Of a stretch of DNA of 64,000 nucleotides, positions 11,648-21,358 are shown one piece after another; position 1 is the stretch's first letter, and each line of letters begins with the position of its first letter. The stretch comes from an uncultured bacterium (GTDB lineage: Bacteria > Eisenbacteria > RBG-16-71-46 > CAIMUX01 > WJJG01). A program made the translations under genes and the position numbers. The stretch is from positions 48,032 to 112,031 of the forward strand of contig CAZTDY010000001.1 in assembly GCA_964612295.1 (NCBI GenBank), in the 5' to 3' direction. Under the pieces are notes generated by a model. It was not told the DNA's origin. It ran no database searches and saw only the letters and a program-made list of their open reading frames with translations.

Positions 11648-11662
11648 CGCAGGTTGCGTTGC

Positions 11663-13735
11663 CTATCTGAGGAAGGCTATGCGACGCACCAAGTCCACGT
11701 CTTGGCCCTTCAGCTTGACGTAGTAGATCCCGGCCGAAAGCGGTGGTCCTTGAGCGGAGAGATCGTCGCAGGTGAACGCATGGCGTCCCGCCGTTGCCCA
11801 ACCCTCCTCGAGGGATCGGATGAGCCGGCCGTCGGCGCCGTACATTCGCAGCGTCCTCTGCCCCGCGCTTGGCAGTGTGTAGTGCACGCGCAGTGCCCCC
11901 GTCACTGGATTGGCGACTCGCAGTTGTGGCTTCAGCCGGAGAGCCGCCTGATCGGGGACAGCGGAAGCTCCGGTGAGCAGCCATCCCAAGCAGCGGTGTA
12001 GGCAGAGTCGCCGGTCCGTGGCGTTGTTGATTCCCTCAAAGCCGAAGCCAAAGAGAATCGCTCGATAACTGCCGGTATCAATCTTCACCGCGGCGGCGCT
12101 GCTGGGGGAGAAATTCCAGATGACCGTGGCGTCGGTGTCGGCCGGGTCGATCACCCAGGCATACTCGTGATTGTCGGCACCGTCACCACCCTCAATAGTC
12201 AGGGCGAGTCCGTCAGAAACTGGATCCCCGCTGACCGGGTCGAGCGTTCGATCCGACGTATCCGAGCCGGTTACATCCGCGTGGAGGTAGTCGTGAAACC
12301 AAATCGGGATTTCATTGGTCGGCTCGTGGAGGCCGTAAATGTAGGGCTCCCAGCCAAGGAAATGACCATGGACCAGGAGGTTTCCACCGGCGGCAAGAAA
12401 GTCGGACAGCGCCGCCCGGTCACTTGCGATCAGCGCGGGCATGAAATCGCCGGTGAGCCAGACGACCGCCGGGAACGAGCTGAGAAGCTCATCCACCGTT
12501 CCACATCCACTGCGGTCGATCAGAGCATACTGGTAACCATGGTGCTCGAGAGCATCGACCACGTACTGCTCGTAGTCGGCGGCGCCATCATCATCCACAA
12601 CGAGGACCTGCAGACCTGAGGTCATCTGCGTATAGAGGAGCGCGCGCGTATCTTCCGGAGCACCGCCCGCCTGACTCAGGGCAAGGTCGATCCCGGCGTA
12701 GCCAGGAGCTCCCGCATGGCCTTCGAGATGGAGTTCGATATACTCCCCCGGGGCGAGGGTGACCTCAGCCAGTGAACCGTAGGACATCGTTTCGCTGTGG
12801 AGGCCTACAGTCCAGTCGGGCGGCCCCACCAGTGAAGCCTGGATCGAAAAAATGTCGGTCACGTTGCCCATGTTGTAGACGCGGAAGGGAGTCATCTCGA
12901 AGTCTTCAAACGGAAGACCGAGACCGACCTGCGAATCCAAGGCGCAATAGCGAAGAGCGTAGTCCGGGATCGGCTGCGTGTTGGCGCTGGTGAGAACCCA
13001 TTGGCTGTCGTCACTCGACCGGGCCGGTCCGTCGCGCTGGATGAAGGCGACCATCGTGAGCTCTTCCTGGACCCAGGACGCGTCCACGTCGAAGTTCGCC
13101 TGCACGTTCTGCATTTCGCCCAGCATGCTCACCGTGATGGGCACCTCGTCGATCATGACCCGGTTGACGTTGTCGTGCCAATCGTCATCGCCCGTGACAT
13201 CGTAGTAGAGGTTGTCTTCGGTCAGGGCGGCGCGCAGCATCAGGCCTGCGATCTCCGGCCCGTCCTCCACGACCTCGATGTCGAGATCGATCGATCCGGT
13301 CGGCGGCGTGAAGTCATGGCTGTTGATCGTGATCTTGAAGTGGCTCGGTTCACACAGTAGCCGATCGATGCTCGGAGCAAAGGCACCCCCGTCGAGCATA
13401 TAGGAGAAGCCCCCGAGCACGGTATTGCGCGGACCGCCGACATAGACTGAAGGATATCCAAGGATATCGTAGTAGGTCTGCATGCGCGCGTCGGAGTCAG
13501 CACACCCCAAGCCTCCCGAGGTCGCGTAGTAGCTGATGGCACTCATCTCATGGCCGCGGAAGAGAACCTGATCCGCCTCAATCCCGGAGGCGGCGTTTGG
13601 ACAGCTCGGTCACCAGGTGGCCGTACAGAATTCGAGGATAGGCGATGAGGGATGCCATGCGGACGCATCACCAGCCATGAGTCCAAGGGCGAGAACGACA
13701 ATTAGAGTGGACGGAATCGCAATCCAGCGAGACAT
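11663..13735 (-). pseudogene. Secreted protein with a GATase1/ThuA-like central domain and a T9SS-type (FlgD-Ig-like) C-terminal sorting domain. The signal peptide is separated from the body by an in-frame TGA at 13610..13612.
   Basis: ATG at 13735 gives MSRWIAIPSTLIVVLALGLMAGDASA|WHPSSPILEFCTATW, then TGA, and the same frame runs into the 627-aa ORF beginning at 13546. The C-terminus LRVANPVTGALRVHYTLPSAGQRTLRMYGADGRLIRSLEEGW...GIYYVKLKGQDVDLVRRIAFLR fits the T9SS CTD pattern. Confidence 0.65.
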
Positions 13736-13890
13736 AACGCACCTCCGTCACGTGGTTGGCGGGCGTCAACCTCAGAGGAAAGATGCATTTCTAACCGCGC
13801 AGGTCGACACGTATAAGGATAGCCGAAAGGGGCCCCGGAAGACAACGGCCAGCGACCGCACGCTCAGACGAAAGGAGGTTTGCCGCGGAA

Positions 13891-15321
13891 CTAGAAATCG
13901 TAGTACAGCGTCATCTCGTATGGATGCGGACGATTGCGCACTTCGTTGGCCTCGAGGGTGAGTTTCCTGTCCACCCAGTTCGGCACGAACGTCTCGGGGA
14001 AGACGCCTGATTCGGTCAGGAACGCGTGGTCATCTTCCAGGGCCTGCAGGGCTTCGACCAGCGAGGTTGGCACCGAGGTGATCTGAGAGAGAGCCGCCTG
14101 ATCTAGCGTCCGCACCTCGTCGTTGATGGGCCCCCATCCGAGCTTGCAGGGATCGATCCGGTTGCGAATGCCGTCGAGCCCGGCGAGGAGTTGCGCGGAC
14201 ATCGCCAGATACACGTTGCAGGTGCCGTCGGGCGGGCGGAACTCGATGCGCTGATCCTGCTCGTTGTTCGCGTACTTCGGAATCCGAATCGCAGCGCTCC
14301 GGTTGGCCAGGCCGAAGAAGAGCATGGTGGGTGCTTCAAATCCTGGAATCAACCGCTTGTAACTGTTCGTGCTGGGGTTGGTGAGGGCCAACAGTGCCCG
14401 ACCGTGCTTCAGAAGTCCGCCGATGTAGAAGAGCGCGGTTTCGCTCAGGCCGTGAAGGCCATCGGGATCGTAGAACAGGTTCTTGCCCTCTGAGAGCAGG
14501 TTTTGATGAAAGTGCATGCCGGAACCGGCCTCGTTGTAGAGCGGCTTGGGCATGAAGGTGGGACTCAGGTTCTGGCGCACGGTCAGATTCTTGATCACGT
14601 GCTTCGACCACATCGTGCCGTCGGCGGCCTTCAGGAGCGGCTGGCGGGTGAGTTCGATCTCACACTGGCCCGGTCCGCCCACCTCGTGATGATGGTAGCG
14701 AACCGGCATGCCGGCGTCCTCGATCATCTGGACCATCTTCGCGCGCAGGTTGTGCAGCCGATCCAGCGGGGGACTGGCATGGTAGCCCCCCTGATGGGGG
14801 ATGTTGTGTCCGAGTTGCCGTTCTCCGGTGTGGGCCGTGTTCCAGTCCGCTTCGTCCGAATCGACCTCGTAGAAGGAGGAGTTGATCTCGTTGCCGTAGA
14901 AGACCTTGTTGAACACGTAGAACTCGAGCTCGGTCAACCACAGGCTGCCGGTGGCGATACCCTGATCACTCGCGTACTGCTCGGCCCGGCGGGCGATGAT
15001 GCGAGGATCGCGGCTGAACCACTCGCCGGTGTCGGCCTCGGCGATCTGACAGATCATGCTGAGCGTGGGCAGCTCGTAGAAGGGATCCAGCCGGGCGGTG
15101 TCGGGGTCCGGCTTCAAGACCAGATCGGCACCTGAGCGTCGCTGAAAGCCGGGCACGCTGGAGCCGTCGAAGGCCACGCCGTTGTCGAGGGTCTTCTGAC
15201 TGAACGCGCTCTTGGGCAGGGTGACGTGCTGCCACCGTCCGAAAAGGTCGGAGAACTTCAGATCGATCATCTCCACCTGGTGTTCTTCGATGATTCCGCG
15301 CAGCGGTTCAAAAGCGGACAT
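13891..15321 (-). CDS. glnA: Glutamine synthetase type I
   Basis: Motifs GSGMHFHQ, NPSTNSYKRLIPGFEAP and RIPKYANNEQDQRIEFRPPD, in a full-length 476-aa protein. Confidence 0.95.
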   Translation of the reverse strand: MSAFEPLRGIIEEHQVEMIDLKFSDLFGRWQHVTLPKSAFSQKTLDNGVAFDGSSVPGFQRRSGADLVLKPDPDTARLDPFYELPTLSMICQIAEADTGEWFSRDPRIIARRAEQYASDQGIATGSLWLTELEFYVFNKVFYGNEINSSFYEVDSDEADWNTAHTGERQLGHNIPHQGGYHASPPLDRLHNLRAKMVQMIEDAGMPVRYHHHEVGGPGQCEIELTRQPLLKAADGTMWSKHVIKNLTVRQNLSPTFMPKPLYNEAGSGMHFHQNLLSEGKNLFYDPDGLHGLSETALFYIGGLLKHGRALLALTNPSTNSYKRLIPGFEAPTMLFFGLANRSAAIRIPKYANNEQDQRIEFRPPDGTCNVYLAMSAQLLAGLDGIRNRIDPCKLGWGPINDEVRTLDQAALSQITSVPTSLVEALQALEDDHAFLTESGVFPETFVPNWVDRKLTLEANEVRNRPHPYEMTLYYDF

Positions 15322-15350
15322 GTTGGCCTCCTCAGATCACTCGAACGACG

Positions 15351-15374
15351 GTCCGGTCTTTTGGCGCAAAAACC
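15351..15374. promoter_or_regulatory. Imperfect 24-bp palindrome CCGGTCTTTTGGCGCAAAAACCGG in the glnA leader / divergent glnA-hflX promoter region
   Basis: It lies 30-53 bp upstream of the glnA start codon on the minus strand. Candidate operator or leader hairpin. Confidence 0.25.
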
Positions 15375-15516
15375 GGAGTGCGAGGGCGAAATATCATAGG
15401 ACATTCAGTGGCCGGATCACAAGTCCCGGCTGCAGCGCGGGGGCGGGCTCCACGATCAAACACCTTGATCCGTTTCCTGGGGAACCGTCTAATCAGAGGT
15501 ACGGGAGGACAGACAA

Positions 15517-16732
15517 CTTGGCATTTGAGACCAAACGCAAACCTGAACGATCCATCTTGGTGGGCCTGCTTGAACGGCCCCGCCGGCGACGGACGGGAAA
15601 TACGGCGGTCCCCAACGGCCTGAGCCTGGCCAACGGCCCCAAGCCCACGGGCGCCAGCCTGGAAGAGCTGGCCCTGTTGGCGAAAACCGCCGGCAGCGAC
15701 GTCCGCGATCAGCTTCTGCAGCGACGCGAGGCGATTCGGCCCGCGACCTTCCTCAGCCGCGGGAAGCTCGAGCAGCTCGCTGCTCTCTGCGAAGAGGCCG
15801 ACGCCGACCTGGTCATCTTCGACGAGGACCTCTCACCCGCCCAGGGACGCAATCTGGAGAAATATCTGGAGCGGAAGGTCATCGACCGCACCGAGTTGAT
15901 CCTGGACATCTTCGCTACCCGGGCGCGGACGCGCGAGGCGCAGCTCCAGGTCGAGCTGGCCCAGCTGCAGTACATGCTGCCGCGCCTCACGGGCCTCTGG
16001 AAACACCTCTCCCGGCAGGTCGGCGGGATCGGAACCCGCGGCCCCGGGGAAACCCAGCTCGAGGTCGACCGCCGGCGGGTTCGTCAGCGCATCAGCATTC
16101 TCAAGCGGCGCCTGACCGCCGTGGAGCGGGAGCGAGCGACCCAAAGCCGGCAGCGGAAAGCCATGTTTCGCGCCTGCCTGGTGGGATACACCAATGCGGG
16201 GAAGTCGACCCTCTTCAATACGCTCACGCGGGCCGGCGTCCTGGAGGAAGACCGCCTTTTCGCCACGCTCGAGACGACCACGCGCCGCCTGTCGATCGGA
16301 CCGGACCAGACCGTCCTCTTGTCCGACACCGTCGGTTTCATTCGCAAACTTCCGCATCATCTGGTGGCGTCCTTCCGGGCAACGTTGGGGGAGGTTCGCG
16401 AGGCCGATTGCCTCATCCATGTGGTTGACGGCTCGCATCCCGGGTTCCATCAACAGATGACCGCGGTGGACGAGGTGGTCGAGAAGCTCCTGGAGAAGCG
16501 GGAGGTGTCCCGGCTGGTGATTCTGAACAAGGCCGACCTCCTGACGCCCGAAGAGCGGCTCGGCCGCCGGGCGGAATTTCCAGACGCCCTGCTCATGTCG
16601 GCCCGCGAACGCGAGCAGGCCGAGGCGCTCCGCGGGCGCCTGGTGGACATCTGCCGCGAGAATCACCGTTGTCAGGAACGCCCTGCCGCCGAGGAGGAGT
16701 CCACCCGGCAGGAGGAGCCCCCACGTGGCTGA
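15517..16732 (+). CDS. hflX: GTPase HflX
   Basis: ERSILVGL...ADLVIFDEDLSPAQGRNLE...VIDRTELILDIFATRARTREAQLQVELAQLQYMLPRL...GYTNAGKSTLFN...DTVGFI...NKAD. The likely start is TTG 15517 preceded by GGAGG, because the track ORF start (15212) overlaps glnA. Confidence 0.85.
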
Positions 16733-17897
16733 TTGGCCTCCCGGATCGCCTGCGCCTCTGCAGATCCGCGCCTGGTGCGACCGGCTTCGGGGCTTCGCCG
16801 ACCTTGACGACCTCCACTCCTCGGACTTCTGGCGGGCGGAGTCGGCCTCGATTGAAGATCTGCTGGCCACCCCCCATGTCGGCCGGCGATCCTCTGCGGG
16901 CACCGGCGTCGGGCCGCGCGCGCGCATCGTTCACTGGAACATCCTGAAGGGAATCGCCTATGAGGGGCTCCGCGACGCCCTCTTGACCCACCCCGCGCTG
17001 AGAGATACGGATGTCCTCCTGCTCAATGAGGTCGATGTGGGGATGGCCCGTTCGGGCAACCGCCACGTCGCCGCTGCGCTGGGACGCGACCTGGATCGGG
17101 ACTGGGTCTACCAGCCGAACTACCTCGAACTGACGAAGGGGCCCGCCGGCGATGCCCTCGCTCCCGGCCAGAACGAGACCGGCTTACACGGCGTGGCGAT
17201 CCTGACGCGCGCGGCTCCCCTGGCCTGGGCACCGATTGAGCTGCCCGAGTGCTTTCAGATGTTTTCCTTTCACGAGAAGCGCCTTGGCCGGCGGACCGGG
17301 CTGGTCCTGTCCCTTCCGGGGGGGCTGGTCGTGGGCACTGCTCACCATGAGGTGCGCGGGATGCCCCGGTGTCGGGCCGAACAGACCAGGGCTTTCCTCG
17401 CCGGCGTCCAATCTTTCTGCGAGGATGAAACCCGCGCCGGCCGGCCGCCCGAGCGGGTAATCCTCTCCGGAGACCTCAACACCCACACCTTCCTGCGGGG
17501 CGACCTGCAGAGTGCAATCCGCGGGGCCCTGAGGCTCCTCTTCACGCCGCAGGGTGCCTTGCGCCGCCAATTCCTCTCTCCCTGGCTCAGGAATCGGGAA
17601 CCCCTCTTCTCCGTGCTACGTGAGGCCGGGTATCGTTGGCAGGAGTACAACCGCGACCAGCACACCGCGCACGCGCCCCTGCCGGTGATCGAGGAGGGCG
17701 ATCGACTCCCTCGAGCGCTCCACCGCCTGCTCTCGGCGCTCTTGCCCTTTCAGGAGCGGGGCATTCCTCTGCATCTGGACTGGTTTTTTGGCCGGGGGCT
17801 GCCCGATGTGGGCGTGAAAGCTCAGACGATCGATGAACTCGCCGGCGACGGAAGACCGTCGGATCATGCGCCGATCCTGCTGGATCTGCCGGGCTAA
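16725..17897 (+). CDS. Endonuclease/exonuclease/phosphatase (EEP) family protein
   Basis: IVHWNILKG, LLLNEVD, GDLNTH and SDHAPILLDL. The GTG start overlaps the hflX stop. There is a long N-terminal extension before the catalytic core. Confidence 0.75.
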   Translation: MADWPPGSPAPLQIRAWCDRLRGFADLDDLHSSDFWRAESASIEDLLATPHVGRRSSAGTGVGPRARIVHWNILKGIAYEGLRDALLTHPALRDTDVLLLNEVDVGMARSGNRHVAAALGRDLDRDWVYQPNYLELTKGPAGDALAPGQNETGLHGVAILTRAAPLAWAPIELPECFQMFSFHEKRLGRRTGLVLSLPGGLVVGTAHHEVRGMPRCRAEQTRAFLAGVQSFCEDETRAGRPPERVILSGDLNTHTFLRGDLQSAIRGALRLLFTPQGALRRQFLSPWLRNREPLFSVLREAGYRWQEYNRDQHTAHAPLPVIEEGDRLPRALHRLLSALLPFQERGIPLHLDWFFGRGLPDVGVKAQTIDELAGDGRPSDHAPILLDLPG

Positions 17898-19447
17898 GAG
17901 ACCTGCTCGGCCGTCTCGAACATGATGCGGTTCTCTTTGAGGAACGGGATCATCCGCGAGAGGGCCTCGACCACGTCGGCATCGAGCTGGGCGCCGCTCA
18001 CCCGCCGGATTTCCGCGAAGGCTTCATCCTCGGTCCAGGCCAGGCGGTAGGGGCGATCCGAGGTGAGCGCATCGAATGTGTCGGCCACGGCGATGATCCG
18101 GGCCGCCATGGGAATCGCCTCTTTCGTGATTCCCATCGGATAGCCGCGGCCGTCGATCCGCTCGTGATGGAACAGGACGACCTGGCTGGCCTCCTTCAGC
18201 TGATCGATGTGGCTCAGGACCTCGTATCCCCGCCAGGGATGTTGTTTGACGATCTCGAACTCCTCGGGGCTCAAAGGACCCCGTTTGTTCAAGATCGACT
18301 CGGGCATCCCGATCTTGCCGACGTCGTGAAGGATGCTTGCCCACCGCAGGTCTTCCAATCCCGAGACCGACAGCCCCAAGTCGCGGCCGAGCAGCATCGA
18401 GAGCAGATTGACGCGTGCCGAATGCCCCGATGTGTACGGGTCCTTGGCTTCGATCGCGCTCACCAGCGCCTTGACGGTGGACATCAGGAAGTTGCCCACG
18501 TTCTCCTGCAGGTCCGCGCTCCGCAAGGCCATGCTGGTCTGCTCGGCCAGGGCCCGCGTCAGGCGGAGATCCGGGGCGCCGTAGGGGGCTCGCCCGGCCC
18601 GCAGGAGGGCGATGAATCCCGCCTTCGGCCGATCGGCATCGATCGGGCACAAGGCGACCTGGACGGGTGCCGGAAACGGGCTCGGCTGGCCGAGGACCTG
18701 GGATAGATCTCCGTGGATCTGCCCGGTCGACCAGCTGCCCATGCTGTACCAAAGCTGGGCCGCCAGGTCGCGCGAGTCGCGCTCGCCCAGCTGCAGGCGC
18801 GGGGGATCGACGTAGGGGTTTGCGCACAGGACCGGCTGCCGGAACCCGGGGATCTGCAGCAGGGCCAGATCGGCGCCCACCGGCGCACACCCCTGCTGGA
18901 GGATGAACTCGATCGCCTGCGGATCCGTATCGGGAGCTCTCATCCGGGCCGAAATCCGTCGCAACATGCCAAGCTCGGCCTGCAGGCTGATGAGCTCATC
19001 CTGAAGGCCACAGTTGCGCTTGGCCAGGGCCAGGTGCGAACCCAAAGCCAGGGCCAGGGTGCGCAGCATCCGCTCGGCCTGTTCCCGCCCCTGCCGCGGC
19101 GACTTGCGCGACAGCGCCGTGAGGACCCCGGGGGCCGATCCCGCGGTGGAGGGGACCGGCACGGCCAGGAGGAGGCGGCCATCCGGGAGGATCTCATGCG
19201 CGGTGCACATCTCGGAGGTGGCCTCCCGAGCGAGCGACTGGATCCGGCGCACCACATCGTCGGCCGGCGTCGAGGGGGTGGCAAAGAGCACTCTCAGATC
19301 CGTCGACCAAAACTGGAGGTGCAGATCGGCCTCCTCCGCGTGGGCCCGGAGCAGGCCCGCGAACCCCGAATCGATGAGTTCGGTTGCTTGACTGGGCTGA
19401 TGCAGACCGAGCATGGGCTGTGACCTCGATTCAGGGTGAGCTTTCAC
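17894..19447 (-). CDS. HD-GYP domain phosphodiesterase (c-di-GMP signalling) with an N-terminal regulatory, GAF-like region
   Basis: HDVGKIGMPESILNK...HHERIDGRGYP in the C-terminal half. Convergent with the EEP gene, with a 4-nt overlap. Confidence 0.85.
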   Translation of the reverse strand: MKAHPESRSQPMLGLHQPSQATELIDSGFAGLLRAHAEEADLHLQFWSTDLRVLFATPSTPADDVVRRIQSLAREATSEMCTAHEILPDGRLLLAVPVPSTAGSAPGVLTALSRKSPRQGREQAERMLRTLALALGSHLALAKRNCGLQDELISLQAELGMLRRISARMRAPDTDPQAIEFILQQGCAPVGADLALLQIPGFRQPVLCANPYVDPPRLQLGERDSRDLAAQLWYSMGSWSTGQIHGDLSQVLGQPSPFPAPVQVALCPIDADRPKAGFIALLRAGRAPYGAPDLRLTRALAEQTSMALRSADLQENVGNFLMSTVKALVSAIEAKDPYTSGHSARVNLLSMLLGRDLGLSVSGLEDLRWASILHDVGKIGMPESILNKRGPLSPEEFEIVKQHPWRGYEVLSHIDQLKEASQVVLFHHERIDGRGYPMGITKEAIPMAARIIAVADTFDALTSDRPYRLAWTEDEAFAEIRRVSGAQLDADVVEALSRMIPFLKENRIMFETAEQVS

Positions 19448-19668
19448 CGATGACGAATCTTATCTCCTGGCGGCGGGTTTCACTTATAAGGGTCGGCCCC
19501 CGCGGTCCGTTTCTGTGATGGTCCGCACGCGTAGTTGGCTGATCTCGGAGGCTTGGTGGCAGGCTTAGGGGTTGGATGGATTCAGCCAGTCCAGTATCCT
19601 GCCGGAGCCGGCCCAGCGGCATACGCTAGGGCCGGCGGATCCCCGCCCTTGAGGAGGGCGATTGGGAG

Positions 19669-21057
19669 ATGAAGGAAGCGAGGACTATGAGACTACGGAA
19701 CGAGTACAGAGGTGGATTCCGGCCACTGAACCTGGGTGGCCGGATCGATCGGGTGATGCTGCTTCTTCTGGTGCTGATCGGCTGCCACGCCACAGCGCCC
19801 GGCGCCGATCTCGTCGAAAGCGTGGTCGCGGTGGTCGACAAGGAGCCGATCCTGCGAACGGAGATCGAGGCCCAACTGGAGATGGCCCTCTATTCGATGG
19901 GGATCGACCCCAACGACACGGCCCGCGTCTTAGAGATCCGCGAGCAGGTCCTCGATCAGCAGATCGACCAACTGGTGCTCTACCAGGAAGCCGTCGTTCA
20001 GGAAATCCCGATCGACGAGGAGGAGATCGACGGCGCCGTGAACGAGGCGATCGCCCGAAACAAGCAGGAAATCGGCTCCGAGGAGCTGTTTCTCAGGCAG
20101 CTCGAGCTCGACGGGCTGACCGAGGACGAGTTGCGCGAACGCTACTCCCGCCAGGCGCGCATCGAGATGATGGTTGGGCGGCTCATGCACCGAGACCTGA
20201 ACGTCGAGGTTTCCGTGAACGAGGAAGAGATCAAGGCCTACTTCGACGAGCACCAGTCCGAGCTTCCGCGCCGCGAGGCAGCGCTGCACTTGCAGCACAT
20301 CGTCATCGGGGTCTCTCCCGACACCATTCTCGTGGAGAAGGCCCAGTCGCTTGCGTTGGAGGTGGCCACCCAGATTCGATCCGGTGAATTGAGTTTCGCC
20401 GATGCGGCGCGGCGCTATTCCGACGACCCCAACGGCCGCACGGGCGGTGATCTTCGCCGGGTCGCACGCGGCGATTTCGCGCAGAGCATGGGGCCGGCGT
20501 TCGAGGACGCTCTGTTTGTGCTCGAGGTCGACCAGCTCTCGGATCCGTTGCCCAGTCCGCTGGGGTTTCACCTGGTCCTCCTCCAGGACAAGGACCCGGC
20601 GGGCGCCTGGATCCACCCGAGTCACATTCTCTTCCGGGTCCCCGTGGTGCAGGCCGATGCCGCGCGGGCGGAAGCAGAGGCCGAGGAGGTCTACCGGCGG
20701 GCTCAGGCCGGTGAGTCGTTCGAAGAACTTGCGCGGCGCTTTTCCGACGAACCCGAATCCGCCGCCCGGGGAGGAGACCTGGGCTGGATCCCCACGAGCA
20801 CGCTCACCGATCAGGCGGCCGAGCTGCTTCCGCGGTTGGCCGAGGGCGAGATCACGCCGCCGCTGACAACCGATGGCTTTTTCCACATCTTTCGTTTGAT
20901 CGAGCGTGAAGGTGAGCGGGACTATGCCTACGAAGAGGTGGTCACCGAGTTGACCAACGTCGTGCGAGAGCAAAAGCGCATGGAGCGCTATGAGGAATGG
21001 GTCGCCGAGGTCAGAGAGCGGCACTACATCAAGAGAAATCCATGGGGTGAGGATTGA
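19669..21057 (+). CDS. SurA/PrsA-like periplasmic peptidyl-prolyl isomerase with two parvulin domains
   Basis: Signal peptide, SurA-N-like helical region, then two rotamase domains (GGDLRRVARGDFAQSMGPAFEDALFVL...GFHLVLLQDK and GGDLGWIPTSTLTDQAAELLP...GFFHIFRLIERE). Confidence 0.85.
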   Translation: MKEARTMRLRNEYRGGFRPLNLGGRIDRVMLLLLVLIGCHATAPGADLVESVVAVVDKEPILRTEIEAQLEMALYSMGIDPNDTARVLEIREQVLDQQIDQLVLYQEAVVQEIPIDEEEIDGAVNEAIARNKQEIGSEELFLRQLELDGLTEDELRERYSRQARIEMMVGRLMHRDLNVEVSVNEEEIKAYFDEHQSELPRREAALHLQHIVIGVSPDTILVEKAQSLALEVATQIRSGELSFADAARRYSDDPNGRTGGDLRRVARGDFAQSMGPAFEDALFVLEVDQLSDPLPSPLGFHLVLLQDKDPAGAWIHPSHILFRVPVVQADAARAEAEAEEVYRRAQAGESFEELARRFSDEPESAARGGDLGWIPTSTLTDQAAELLPRLAEGEITPPLTTDGFFHIFRLIEREGERDYAYEEVVTELTNVVREQKRMERYEEWVAEVRERHYIKRNPWGED

Positions 21058-21358
21058 TCAAACACTGCACTGGCTCTGTCTGGTGAAGAGCCGGTCGCTC
21101 GCTGCGCGCGCCTGCCGGGAGGGGCGCGTGCTGGTGGACGGGAGTCCGGTGAAGGGCTCTCGCGAAGCTCGGTGCGGTGAAGAGATCGTCCTGCAGAACC
21201 CCGCCCGTGTGCAGGCCAAGGTCATTGAGCTCTGCGCGGTTCCCGCCCGCCAGATCAGTCGCAAGGATGCAGGCGACTACTACACCGTGCTTCGGGTGGA
21301 AGAGCTCGACCGACAGGACCTCAACTGGAACCGCTCGGATGGAACCGAGGACGAATGA
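21047..21358 (+). CDS. S4-domain RNA-binding protein (Hsp15 / RqcP-like)
   Basis: RIDQTLHWLCLVKSRSLAARACREGRVLVDG is an S4 fold motif. The GTG start sits just inside the surA 3' end, and there is an ATGA overlap with ftsE. Confidence 0.7.
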   Translation: MRIDQTLHWLCLVKSRSLAARACREGRVLVDGSPVKGSREARCGEEIVLQNPARVQAKVIELCAVPARQISRKDAGDYYTVLRVEELDRQDLNWNRSDGTEDE

